A DNA stretch of 64,000 bases from Kudoa neothunni. Lineage: Eukaryota; Animalia; Cnidaria. The notes beneath the pieces are model-generated. The model was not told where the DNA came from. It saw only the letters and a program-made list of their open reading frames with translations, and made no database searches. The position numbers and the translations under genes were made by a program. Positions 26,201-39,269 of this stretch are shown here, piece after piece (the stretch's first letter is position 1; every line of letters begins with the position of its first letter). The stretch spans positions 4,303,354-4,367,353 of the forward strand of contig OZ199838.1 in the NCBI GenBank assembly GCA_964304625.1. The letters are read 5' to 3'.

Positions 26201-26879
26201 TTTATTGTAAAGTATATACTCTGTAAGTTTAATCTGTATTTAAGTAATAAAAATCAATAGAATCAAAGATATTAGGATTGATTTTGAAAATATTATGACC
26301 TCCATTATCTCAAAGAATTATGCAAATTATCTAATTGTAAGTTAAAATAAAAATTAAATTATGTTTCACCACTTAAATAATTTAGTTTAGTTTTTATTTT
26401 CTCTCTGTTATTTAAAAATAATCCCGTCGTTTCTTTGTAAGCGCATGTGTCGATGTATTTACGTCCTTTTCTTGAAAATGCATTTCTTAAATATAAACAA
26501 GAAATATTATGAGTCATGGTAAAAACTCTATTTTTTATATTTGCACATTATACTCATATAACTGCTTCTTTTTACAGTCATTTGAATATAAAAACACACT
26601 ATTAGTTACAATTGCGAACAATTTTATTTATCTGAGTATAAAAAGAATGATTCACAATAACGAAAGAAATAGACTGTATAGGACAAACTCAACTCTATTA
26701 TCGTTGCTTTCGTGTGTAGTCGGATAAAAACGTGATGAAATATTGTTTCTGTTCTTCCTGTTCCACATAAATATATCTGTCATTTTACACGTAAAATATT
26801 AAAAAGTAATATTTTAAAGCTGCTATCAATATCCACAACAACAAAATTTAATTATCTAAAAATAGCAACGTGCCACGAG

Positions 26880-27933
26880 ATGTATGAGGATAGTTCAGAT
26901 ACAGAACAACAACCAATTAATGTGATTCCACAAAAGAAAATTAGGAACTTTGTGGGTAAAAAGAGCAGTGAAAAACGTTTAATAATCATTCTTGAAAGAG
27001 CTTCGCTAGAAACAGTGAAAGTAGGTCGAAGAGATGGCAGTTACTAGGCGAATTTCTATTTTTTTGTTATTGTTAAAAAAGAAGCTTTTTGTTGTTGTTA
27101 AGATTAAGATGTATTCTTTTTGAAACATTTAAAAAATATTAAATTGATAAATCTGAAAAATTAAATTTCTCTTTAGAATGGCCAAAAATTTGAGTTGTTG
27201 TGCTGTGACAAACATCAACGCCAATTAAAACAAGAAAATAGAGACATAAACTCGGCTCGACCTGATATCACCCATCAAGCATTGATGATGCTGCTGGATT
27301 CTCCTTTAAACCAAGCCGGATACCTACAGATATTTATACACACCGAAAAAAACGTGTTGATCGAAGTGAACCCACAAACAAAAATTCCTCGAACCTATGA
27401 TCGATTTGCTGGGTTGATGATTCAACTTTTGCATAAACTCGGTGTTCGATCGTCAACTTCAAAGCAAAAGCTCCTAAAAGTACCACCAACATTGCGACAA
27501 TAATGAATGCAATAAAGAATGGTAGTATACGTTGAAATTTAGGTGGTTAAAAATCCAGTTACCGATTATCTACCTTCAGACAGCAGGAAAATTGGAACGT
27601 CATACTCGTCCGAAAATTTAGTTGATTTGGACGACTATGTAACCCAATTTGGAAACGACCCTGTGGTTTTTGTAGTTGGTGCAATGGCTCATGGATGTGT
27701 AATTACGATAAATATTCTGCTTAATATAAAATAATTTGTTTCTTAATCGAATTTTTTTTAAATCCGATATTATATAATATTTTGTGATTATATGATGTAA
27801 AGTATTGATATTTTGTTAGGTGGAGACAGACTACATCGAGGAGACAGTTGCAATCAATTCCTACCCTCTATCAGCTGCGTTAGTGTGCGCGAAAATATGT
27901 ACAGCTTTTGAGAAGAAATGGAAAATTCACTAA
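26880..27933 (+). CDS. EMG1: 18S rRNA pseudouridine-N1-methyltransferase NEP1/EMG1, 4 exons
   Basis: [16 protein letters not shown] / FELLCCDKH...[60 protein letters not shown] / [11 protein letters not shown]...VVGAMAHG / [20 protein letters not shown]. Confidence 0.97.
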
Positions 27934-28021
27934 AAACATTAGCCAAAATTATTATTGTACTTGGGTAACGATATAAAACATTAAAAAATTTTGTTTTCTT
28001 TTCGAGCGCATTTTTGCACGA

Positions 28022-31000
28022 TTAATATTTGGTGAAAACCGAGAAAATGTCACCCTTCGTGACATTGACTTCTTTAAATACACCACTCTTACGGTTGCCA
28101 AATGATTGACATTTAAAATCAATCTCGCAAAGTTGCTAAAACAACAATTAAAATAAAACAAAGAGAGGATTTACATTTTTTATGGAATCTTTAGACATGT
28201 CCCCCCTAACTGAGAGTAAGCTGTATGCGTGATCCTCTGTAAAATCAGAGTACAATGAGCACAATTTTGTGAGATCAAATCTAACAAAACTAATATCACG
28301 ACATTTGTACAAGTCTACACAAATTGATGCAGCACAACAATACACATCTTCAATAGAGAGCTTCTGCTTGAAAAATTCCACAAGACGTTTCATATCGTTA
28401 GACATTTGCTCGCCAAGTGCAATTTTTTCAGTTTTATCGCTAACTTTAAGTTTCATGCGGAAAAGCAACTATTTCGATAAATATCAAAAATAAAACACTA
28501 CAAATCACAACATACTTGGATGTATTGGCAGGAAATCCAATGATCGATTCCTTTCCACACGACTAGACGACCATCCTCATTAAGTGTCTCCATAACATGA
28601 GAAAAGTCTTCGAGCGCATAGTAGAACCCATCACTCCAACCTCTGGCATCATTCTTCCATTCCTCAGTGAACAACGAATTAAACGCCTCTTGCATTGATA
28701 AGGTGAAATCTCTCACAATAATCATACATGCCTGTTTGGCGAGATTCAAGATGGAGTTGTTGATGTTGGCTATACGCGCATTGTTATCATCACCCAAAAT
28801 ACGGTCATCGCTGCATGAACTGGCTACAATAGTGGATAGCTTGGACTTTTTAGCGTCATTAATAATCTGATCGCACAAAACTTTTACAACATTCAACAAC
28901 TGATAGCAGTTGTTCGAGATGGCTATGGTATAGTCAACAAAATATGTCCAACCATTTTCGGTTGGTGGTATAGACACCGCTTGAGACAAATTATTATTGC
29001 TCTGGTTGTTGTAGCTGGCGATGAGTTTGGCTGCATTGAAATTTTCGTCGCAATACTCCTCAAAAGCTCGTGAATATTTCTCCACACAGTTCTCGATGGA
29101 TGATAGAAACACCTTGAAAACTTTGAATTTAATGTCAAACCCAAAACTGCCAGCACTTTGGAGGCTACTAAGTACAGTCTGGGAAAGGAGGTTGGGAAGC
29201 ATAGTTTGATAGAGATTGTTGTAACAGTCGGGCTTGGTTTTGTCACTACGCCAATCGCCACTTTCAATATCCACAGCTTTGGTGGTGTAATCAGTCATTG
29301 ACTTGTATAGTGAAGCAATGTAGCAATTGTGAAGCAACTCCTTCTGTTTCGGAGACAACAACGGCCCCATGGATTTCACACTATCTATGACATCTTGGCC
29401 CAATTCCGTGTTTCCAAACATTGTCTCTCCTGTATAATCTCTACTCCAAATTAAAAGTGCGATCGCATAACGATGTTGCATTTCTTCAGTTGATTGAACG
29501 ATTATCCTCTCTATCTCGGATTTGATAGCGTTGTGATATGTTTTGGCGTAAAATTCCACGAGATTATAATGTGGTGGGAAACATTTGGAGACGTCATTTT
29601 TTATAGTTTTCAAATCGTTCAGTACCACAGCTCTGAATTGAGTGAAAATGAGATTGATATATTCCTATGAGATTTAACGTTATTGTCATCGACAAACAAA
29701 AATAATAGAAAATTTAAACAAATATTAGACACAAAAAACTCCTCAATTTAATTGTACAATCAATGTGAAATAAAGTGAATTTCCTCCTTATTTTCGGCTT
29801 TATGAAAATTTTTTTCGAAATTTTTAAAATTCTCCAACTTAGATTTTAGTTTATTTTCTTCTAATAAATTTTATTTAAAACAATTTGAATTTATACATTA
29901 ATGTAATCAATCCGAATACGACCAAAATGTTAATTTTACCTTAAAAGATTAAGATGTTCAAATAAAAATTTCTAACTACATGTTAGAACAAACCCTCAAA
30001 TATGCTTATCTTACGTATCGCTTTATCATATAAATAGTTAAAAAATAATGACATTTAGAGTAATCACAGATAGGAGCATTTGAAAGCACAATATTTACAC
30101 TCATACATATATTAAGGTGAATATTTTAATAACTGGAATTGCATAAACAGAGCTTTTCAAATTAGATAAGTCTATTTTTGAAATCTAACAAATTCAAACT
30201 GATTATAAAGTAATTCTTATTTCCACAAGCTACTTAAATAAGATTATTTGCTATATTTTTTAAAATTGCAATTTTAAATTTTGATACATTCATAATTGAT
30301 AACCTTAAAAAATTAGTATAACAATATTTAATGACTTAGCAACATTAATCTTTAATTTTTAGAGTTAATATGAGTTTAAAAAGGGCATTGTAATTTTGAA
30401 AAACAGACAAAATTTAAATGTATTCGGTTTTCCAGCGTAGAACTTCCACAAAATATTGATTAAAAATTATTAATAATAGACAAAATAAAATAATAATGAA
30501 ATGAGACTTGTTACATAGAAAGATTATTCCATAAAGTAAACTAACAAACAAAGCCTTGAAATATTATTTAGCACTTATACATTTAAAATTTTCTCTCGGC
30601 ACAGTGTCGGATTTATTTTTAAGGATACGATCCGACTAAAATTATGCCAAATAAATTGATATTATAATTTTATTTTTCAGTTGTTTCAAGCTTAAATGCC
30701 CTATTTAAATTAATTATGAGTATTTACTGATGCTAATTGTATATATTAATTACGTAACTAACAAATATAAGACAGCAAAACAGAGGTTTATTTTAATGAG
30801 TAAAATTCTATCGTAAATACAACCTGATTCAAAATAATAAATAATGACGCTAACATTAGTTTAACAATGTAAACAATTGTTTTTACATTCTATATGCTAA
30901 AAATTTGAACTTTATAATTTAAACTTGTGATCCATTTTCATCTACATATATATATCATCTCAACATTAAAAGAATAAAATAAGTAAAAATGACCTAACAT

Positions 31001-34000
31001 TATGGGCTATTATCTGAACTATCTGAATAATGTGAAGCATGTGGATATTCGTCAGTACACATTTAAATTTAGAGACGCTAAATTTTGAATTAAAATTATG
31101 AGAATCTACTATAGCTCAATAAAGGAAAATTTTTTAAAACCAACCTGACGTCTTTATACGTTGTTAAATCCGACGAAAACATTAGTTAGAAGTCAATCTT
31201 CTGAAATTCTACATGACTCATTTGCGAATAAGTACAACTTAAATTAAAATAACCATTACATGATTTATATATATTCGTTCCTCATTTTTATTCAAATAGA
31301 TAAACACTGAATATGGCGCGATAATATCATTTTGTTAATTAGACATAGACCCAGCAAGAATATGTTCTAAACTTTATTATTCAATAAAAAGAGTTAAAAT
31401 TTAGGTTAAATTAAATGATTTTGTCTCTAAAATTAGCTGCAAAATTCATTAAAACGCTCATAGAGGTATGAGTCGGATTTTACTTGAAAATAAATTGTTT
31501 AGACACAAGGAATCTTAAACAACCTTCTTTTTTAAACTCCAAGATTTCGCATGTACAACTTAAAAATAATGTTAACCTTTTAGGCCTACTTAAAATTAAA
31601 ACGACAAGCAAGAAGTCGTTAAACATTTATTTTTTTAACCAAGAGAATAAATTATAATATTCCCAAGAAACAAATGCTACTTAACTGTTTTCAAATATGA
31701 TTATTTAATATTCTCAAAGTATTAGGGTATAAATAGGTCGAATAAAACCATCCATGACAGTTTTTTCAAAATATTACAGCAAATAAAACCATATAAATTC
31801 GTCGATAGCGGTCATTTAATTATTTAATTTCCCCCATAAAGAAATAATATTATTATGACTAAACAAGAATTTTATTTTGATATATTTGATCAAAATATGA
31901 AAATTTTCCGTATTACTATTTTATATTTTAAAATTGTTAACTGTACAATTGAGGTCAACTCGACTAATGGGAATTTAAAGTTAGAGGAAAACCACCTTTT
32001 CAGAAGGATTCGTAGTTTCGCATATATGCTTGATTTTTGAGTGGATAGTGTTGGACACGGTATCAAGTGCATTTTTCTTGAAGTTTATAGGTCGGTAGAT
32101 TGGCATGAATCCTTTAAACTCACTCTTTTTAGACGTCCAAAATTCGTCGACCACTTCTTCTCTTTCGATTATTCTAAGAGCATTAACCAGCTTGATTGGG
32201 GATTCAGCCACTGAGCCATTCAAATCATCAAAAACTTCAAAAATTTTATCGAATAATGCTCTTCTTAGCGAGATCAACTCTACAAAGACATACACATCAA
32301 TAAATATCAAAAGAAGTAGAAAATAATAGTATCAGTCACAATAAAAGTTATTTATTAATCTTAAATCTGTAAACAAAAGATAATTTAGCACGACATATGT
32401 TTAAACATGTAATCTCATGGTTAAAAGAGATCGATATAAACAGCCAGTAAGTAATTTATCCGCATAATTATTAATCCATACAAATACGCCCGTCTAAGTT
32501 GCACATTTAAAATTCAGCAAATTATGTGATCAGCTGACAAAAGATTATAGAATTTTCGTTGTTAGACGATTAATTTTCAAAATTCTTACAGTATTTCTCG
32601 ATCAGTTTGCAAGTTGCTGGCGTATTTTGTAATTATACTCGATTAAGCTGCAATAAAGTTCATTAAAACACGAAAATTTATCGCGAAATCAAAAATTCTC
32701 TCGAATTGTTACGAGAAAAAATTATTAAACATCTGTATGCTCAAAAATAGTTCTTGTGTTAATTTTTTCTATTGAAGAGCAGAAGCAAAGTTAGACTCGG
32801 GATGTTTTAAATAATTTTTGAAATATTTCAATGAAATCTTATTCGGGTTTTTCTCTATACATTCAATCGAGTCTTCACAATTTTTTGGCTATCTACTTTT
32901 TAATATGGATTTAGGTTGAGCAAAAATTCCTTCGATAGAATTAAAATTAGGCGAGTATGGATGTGGTAGCAATAATTTTTTTATTATTTTGAATGAAAGT
33001 TCACACTATTTCATTTTTTTTATTCTACGCACACTATAATACTGTATACCTACATCGCGAACCCATATTGAACCAAACATCCCGTTTAATTTTTTTAAGT
33101 TAAAAGAAAATTAATTTATTAAAAAATAATTAAGTGACAAAAAAATTTAAAGGTGGTCGTTCTAATATGATTTGTGCTGATTTGATACTTAACGGTGATA
33201 CTTTGTGCCAGTAGCATTTCAAATACAGTAGAAAACTTGATATACGTGAATTGACCTTATAAGCTTACGTTAATTAATAATTGATGGACTAACTTTCACA
33301 AAACATGCATTGTCAAACTAATAGAGATTGTTAAATGTAATTTAAATAATGAGATGTGGTATTAATGTAGGTACACAACGTCGGTATTATTATGTTTTAT
33401 TAATTTGATTTCATTAACAGAATTATATCAAGAGATACGTAAAAATATGATAAAGAATGATATAATGAAAAAATATCTCTAATTTCATCCAAACTATGTA
33501 ATTCGACTACATTTATTTATATTTGACTTATTATTACGTTTTTAAGATGGAAAAAGTAATAAATTGAGCATTGCAGATTTTATTTTGTAAAATATGTAGC
33601 TTGTAGACAGGAGCTGAGTTGATTAACAATGACGCACGCGTGTAATTATTTAAGATTAATGTTATAAGAACTAATAATAACAACAACGAATCTAATACGT
33701 TCCATAATTTTACTACAAGATGTAAGGGACCTCTTGATAATTATTTCTATGTTATTAATACTTTAAAAATAATCGAAATTAAAGCTTACTTTCTCTAATT
33801 GTAAAAGAATGATATTTCTTCTCTATTAAACCCACAATAATTAGTTAAGAGTTCGTCTATTGAAAATACAAATTAATTGTTTTTGTAACCCTCTAAGGCA
33901 GTGGTTCTCAATAGTTTTTTCAAATTTATCCTCTCAGCCTGGTGGAAAATCAAAATTTACCCCTTTAACTTGGAAGCCAAATTTATATTTACATTAAGAT

Positions 34001-37000
34001 TTAATACTGGCTTAACCCTCCCTGTACTGACGTACTAAGCGCGTGGCCATAACGCGGAAGCCGATAGGGTCATTTTTAACCCCAGATAAAAACAATCTTA
34101 AAAACTTCAAATTTTTATCAAATTAACTCAGCACATCTTCTGACATAGTGTCACGATATACATAGGTAAATTGGATTCTAATTTTTACTTTTTGATGCGA
34201 ATCGCGAGCACGTCCATGTAGGTCAGCTATCACCAATTTAATTAGATTTTTAACGCCAAAGTCTATGGACGATTAATATGAGTCATAAAGACAAAAATAT
34301 TAGTCGAATTAATCAATTAAAAATTAAAATAAGCTGAAATGAAGTAGGAACATGACCTCGCCTGAAGGGCCAAAGTGACAAGCATCTTTGTTATCTTTCG
34401 GAAAATTCAGAATAGATTAAATATATTTTGATCATCCCATTGCTTTCCAAACCACTGTATTAGGATGGAATCGTAAATTAATTTTTCATTATTATGTCGA
34501 ATCAAAAATATTTTAGGTAATATGAAAAATATAGATATTTTGCTAAGACGTTGGAAGGGGTTATAATTGTTATAAACAGTATGCGGTTTAATATATTCTT
34601 GATTATACTTCATAATTGAATTTTTATCAGAATTCTTAATTAAAATATATAATAAAATTCAACCGATTATACTAAGTTAACTGTCCGACTCAACACTTGA
34701 TAGGAATCGTGTGTATTAAAAACCTCTACCCAACAAATTTCACATCAATAATAACAAATTTACATGAGAAAACTATTCGGGTCACTTGTTACATGAGATA
34801 GCTTATTTTTGTTTGGCATGATTTGGGCAAATAAATTAGCTACGATTCGAACAAGATAATGTGCACTTCTTAATCTTGGTCATTGCGAAGTAAAAGCAAC
34901 TGTTACGATATTGTATTTTTGAAGAATCAAAATCATCCTTATAGGAAATAGTCAGATTCTGATATTTTAAAATCATAATCATCATCGGAATTTGAGTTAA
35001 GATTATTTTGTATAAGCCATTAGATATCGTAGTATATCTTATTCGAGATCATATTGTTTAGTAATAAGAAAATATAATTTTAAGAAGACAAAAAAATATA
35101 AAAACATTAAGAAATTTACGTTTCACTAACACAAGAAATGTAAATTTCATTACAGCTTAGCAAGAAACGAAACCGCGTTTTTTTAGTTATATCAATAAAA
35201 CCATTAAAATTTAATTCCATAATTTAAAATAACCAATAAAAATTGATACATTAATATCTTTTTGTTGAAACATAAAGCAGAAAATAATCTTTCCTCATGA
35301 CACATGTAGGGTAGCTATTTTCTTAAATTCTTAAAACGAATAAAAATTTGTTCAACTCAAAATACATAGTTTCATTTAGGTATCCCTAGATGAATTAATT
35401 GGTGAGATCAGAATTCTTGGAGTTAGAAGAAAAATAGCTCACGTGGGGTCACAAATGATCCCACTTCGGACCGAGAGGGTTAACTACAGCTAGGGGTTAA
35501 GGCGGTTCGGTTATTGCTAAAACGGTTTTCGGTTTTGTAAATAATTTTTCCAATTGCCAATGTTAATTCTTTTGCACGAAACAATATGTAAAAAGGTGAT
35601 AGATTGAAAACTTATTTTTATCGTTTTTTGTTTAAAATATTATATCAATTGATAATAGAAGCTAATTTATATTAATTAAAAAAATAGTTTTTTAAAACCG
35701 GAACCGATTTTAACCCCCAACTTTAGAAAAGGCTATTTGAGGGGTAAATTCTGGTATTAAATGGCATGTACACTTGCATAATGACTATTTTAAATTCCAT
35801 CGACTCTTGCTCACAAGCTGTAAATGGATTTAATTTTAAAAATTTTTCCAAATTAAATTATTTATTGCTCTTTTCTGCACTCTTATGGGCTAAAAATAAT
35901 TAAAAATGGTCAAAACTAATGACATTTGAATGTTAATTACCACGAAAACAGTCATTTTATGTAGTAGTATTATTATTATTAGGCTGCACCATTAAAAGAT
36001 AAACAAGGCATAAAAGAAAAAGACTGATAATAGTTTTATAAATAGCTGGTAGATACTCATTCCTAAATACTTTTTAAGGATTTCTGCTTGAGTCTAATAG
36101 AACTGAATAACATAATTCCTTAGAAATCCTGAAGCACGTTACAAACCCATAATGTAAAAATTGCCCTCATCTAATTTTGATGTTACTTAATTTATCCCCG
36201 GTTGAGAACCCCTGCTCTAAGGTATCAAAAAATGAACTATCCCCAAAGATTTTAGGGAGAAATTCACCCCAGAATTTGTTTAAATATATTTAAACAAAAA
36301 ATGTATGAATGTTATCCGTAAAATATTATATGGTTTGACAGATTACATACCGAGAAAAAATGCCATTACTGATATTACTAATCCAACTAAAACCTTATAC
36401 GTCATAAGTCGCCACTTCTTCGGTAACGCACATAAGTAAAACAATTTATTCTAAAAGTAAAAAATGTAACTACGACGTATTTTATTTTAATTTCTAACTT
36501 AATATATTTTTTAAATATTATGAGCTAACATAGAATTCATTTTGAACAATTAGCACATTTTTTGGTTGAATAATTAAGGAAAAATTATGCTGGAGTAAAT
36601 TTCACACTAAAATCTTTGGAGGTTGTTTTTTAGTTTTTAATGACTCCCTATATTTTCCTAGACTAAATAATTACAAAGTTTACTTAGAATAAATTACTAG
36701 GTATAGCAATAGTTTCATACGCATTAAAAACAATGAAAGAATATATGGTGGGATTAAAACTTGTTTGGGATGAATTTTGGCCCAAAATCCTCAGGGGGTT
36801 AAATTAACTTAAATTTTTACATATAAAAAATTTTAAAAAGTTATTTAAAGTCAAAAAACAACTATAAAAATATTTAATTTCTAAAACTAATTTTTTATTA
36901 CCCTTTGCCGTTAAATCTTTCATTTTAAATACGCACGCGCAAACTTCATTTTCAATTACTGTAATTCTCATCGGTATACTGAAATTTTTATTTATATGAT

Positions 37001-38155
37001 AGAATCCGCTAAAATTAATTACTTAAAACTTCCCGATACGCCCATAGAGAGCCCAAGAATAATTACTCACAATCAAAGCTTTTAATCTATTAGAAACTTA
37101 GGCTAAATAAACAGATTCGTATATTAACAAACGATAAAACTACATCATTCATTTCGAATTAAGTCAAACACTTCAAAATGAATTTCTAACTGAAAGCATC
37201 AATATATTTTTTGTTTATAACTTAAAAAATAGGGTATGAATGCTGAAATATTCTAAGAAATATTCGAATTACACATTTTAATCCAATAATAATTTTTGCG
37301 CGCGCAACAATGTAAATGAAAACATAAAAATGCCATCTAGGGAATTTATTTTAGTAAGTTGGACGAATTATGCTACTATTTAAAAAATAAAAATACAATA
37401 ATTAATTTAAAAATATATTGTAAATGCAATCTTTATGTTGGAGGTTACGAACATTAAAATCTTAACTGAATTTTGATTTATCACATATTTAATTGATTTA
37501 AATTAATATATATATATATATATAAAGAAAAAAATCCAACGAAATTACAAACATACCTGAAAAATATTTAGATAGCGGTTGATCTTCAGACCCTACACGT
37601 CCCAACGAATGGGTAGACCTCATGTGTTCAATAAAGAGTGTGTCTCTTATAATTTCAAGTTCTCTAATATTTTTATGAGCCAACAACCATTCTCCGCCAG
37701 CGATAGCGTTTTTAGTGTTGGACACTACGCCGGGAACTTCAAATAGTTGATCCAATAGTATGATAGCTTTGTTTAAATAGGTCATACTATTGGCAACCGA
37801 TTTGACCTCTTTGAGTTTGGTTTCCAGTTGAGAAAAGTCACGACATTTCTCAGTGATAAAATTAAACGATGACGATATATCGGTCACATTATCGGACGAT
37901 TGTTTCAATTCTACCATACTACTTCTGATGCCATTTGTGTAGTAACGTAGTGATGTTTTTAAGCTGTTGATCAATTGTCACTTTTTGGACCATGATACGA
38001 CGTCGAATATTTTCCAAGTTTTCCAATTGCTCAGGTCGTTGAAAGTGTTCAATGACAAATTCAATGGCATCTTTTTGGGCCTTTTCTAGGTAGTTAAGAC
38101 TTTTATCATGGAGTTTGATTGTTCCACTTGATTTTGTTGGATCCGTAACAACCAT
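28022..38155 (-). CDS. EXOC3: Exocyst component 3 (SEC6), with two TE-expanded introns and one apparent +1 frameshift
   Basis: FQRPEQLENL, LLAHKNIRELEIIRD, LVNALRIIEREE, CFPPHYNLV, YSDFTEDHAYSLLSVRGDM. Exons ~38155-37557, 32280-31996, 29664-~28500, then two short 3' exons ending at 28022. Confidence 0.92.
34016..35479. mobile_element. Non-autonomous piggyBac element nested in the hAT MITE
   Basis: TTAA|CCCTC ... GAGGG|TTAA; subterminal GGGTCATTTTTAACCCC / GGGGTCACAAATGATCCC motifs. Confidence 0.85.
35491..35719. mobile_element. Small hAT-like MITE nested in the hAT MITE
   Basis: TAGGGGTTAA..CGGTTCGGTT / AACCGGAACCG..TTAACCCCCA termini; TSD degenerate. Confidence 0.6.
36241..36622. repeat. 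Element bounded by ~31-bp inverted repeats (unclassified MITE)
   Basis: CCCCAAAGATTTTAGGGAGAAATTCACCCCA versus reverse complement CCTCCAAAGATTTTAGTGTGAAATTTACTCCA; a related motif lies near 56930. Confidence 0.6.
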
Positions 38156-38340
38156 TCCGACGAAAAACCAAAGAGCAAACAAGCTATAAAGCATGCGCTT
38201 GCGCAAAAAAATAAAAAACAAAATTTCTGGATAAAATACTCAAACATCTATGCAAAGAATATAGCTATTATGTAGAAATATTTTTTGTAAAAATGTCTCG
38301 GTTCGAATACTCAGTCAGATATATCACCTCCAAATTATCA

Positions 38341-39269
38341 TCACATAGATGGTTGATCGTTTACCACTTCATGTCCATTGATCACCTCAACACATTTGTA
38401 ATCGATTTCAGCGTATTTGTACACATCAGGGCAGGTTTTATCGTTGAAAAATAATTTTGTACATCGAATTTCACACATTGTGGTTCCATCACAAGCGTCT
38501 TTAACCTTGGCTAAAAACAAGGGATTGGTTGGACAATATTTATCAGTAACAAGATTTCCAGAATTCTCTGAACAAATATCGAAATTTCTACGACCCCCAG
38601 AAAACTGATTTTATTGATATTTTTTTGAAATCACTACATTTGAGCCATGCTGTATCTTCTTCACATTTGATCATATTATTCTAGAGATAACAAATAGATT
38701 TATTGGTATATGTCAAAGAGAATGGTGGATATTATTTTTAGGATGTATTTTTGAGTGAGTAAGTTTCAATATAAAATGATACTTTGTTGGCAGTACTGAG
38801 TACCGAGATGGCGGTGCCTACACCCGGAGAACCGGGAGGCCCGGGTGGACCAGGCATACCACTTGGTCCAGGTTCACCAGGAAAACCTGGAGCACCTGGC
38901 AGTCCATCAATGCCGTCTCTTCCAGGCTCTCCGGCAAACCCTGGTTCACCGGAGTAACCACGTACCCCAGGTGGGCCCATCGGACCCATTTCTCCAGTAA
39001 ATCCAGGCGGTCCTACTGGAACTTGTACACCAGGTGGCCCAGGCATTCCATCAAATCCTGGTGGTCCTTGCAAACCTTTCAATATAAATCCTAGTGTCAC
39101 ATTTTGATCCTTCAATAGTTGATTTAATAATGGTGGAACTTGACCCGGCGTGTTGTGATACCACCTACCATCAGTATATCAATGAGATTTCGTACACAAA
39201 ACCTACCAGATTAACATTGAAGCCCATCCAAATAGCTACCAAAAATAACACAAAATATAATTTATACAT
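38341..39269 (-). CDS. Nematogalectin-family nematocyst/polar-capsule protein
   Basis: Signal peptide [14 protein letters not shown]; [23 protein letters not shown]; ~28 Gly-X-Y triplets; intron 38782-38681; then Cys-rich Gal-lectin (SUEL) domain [12 protein letters not shown]...[11 protein letters not shown]...KYC...[15 protein letters not shown]...[16 protein letters not shown]. One apparent frameshift at ~39145. Confidence 0.92.

Larger units (their letters stand above)
33899..36214. mobile_element. hAT MITE (~600-bp core) carrying two nested insertions
   Basis: TIRs CAGTGGTTCTCAA / TTGAGAACCCCTG; perfect TSD ctctaagg; core homologous to 43469-44049. Confidence 0.9.
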
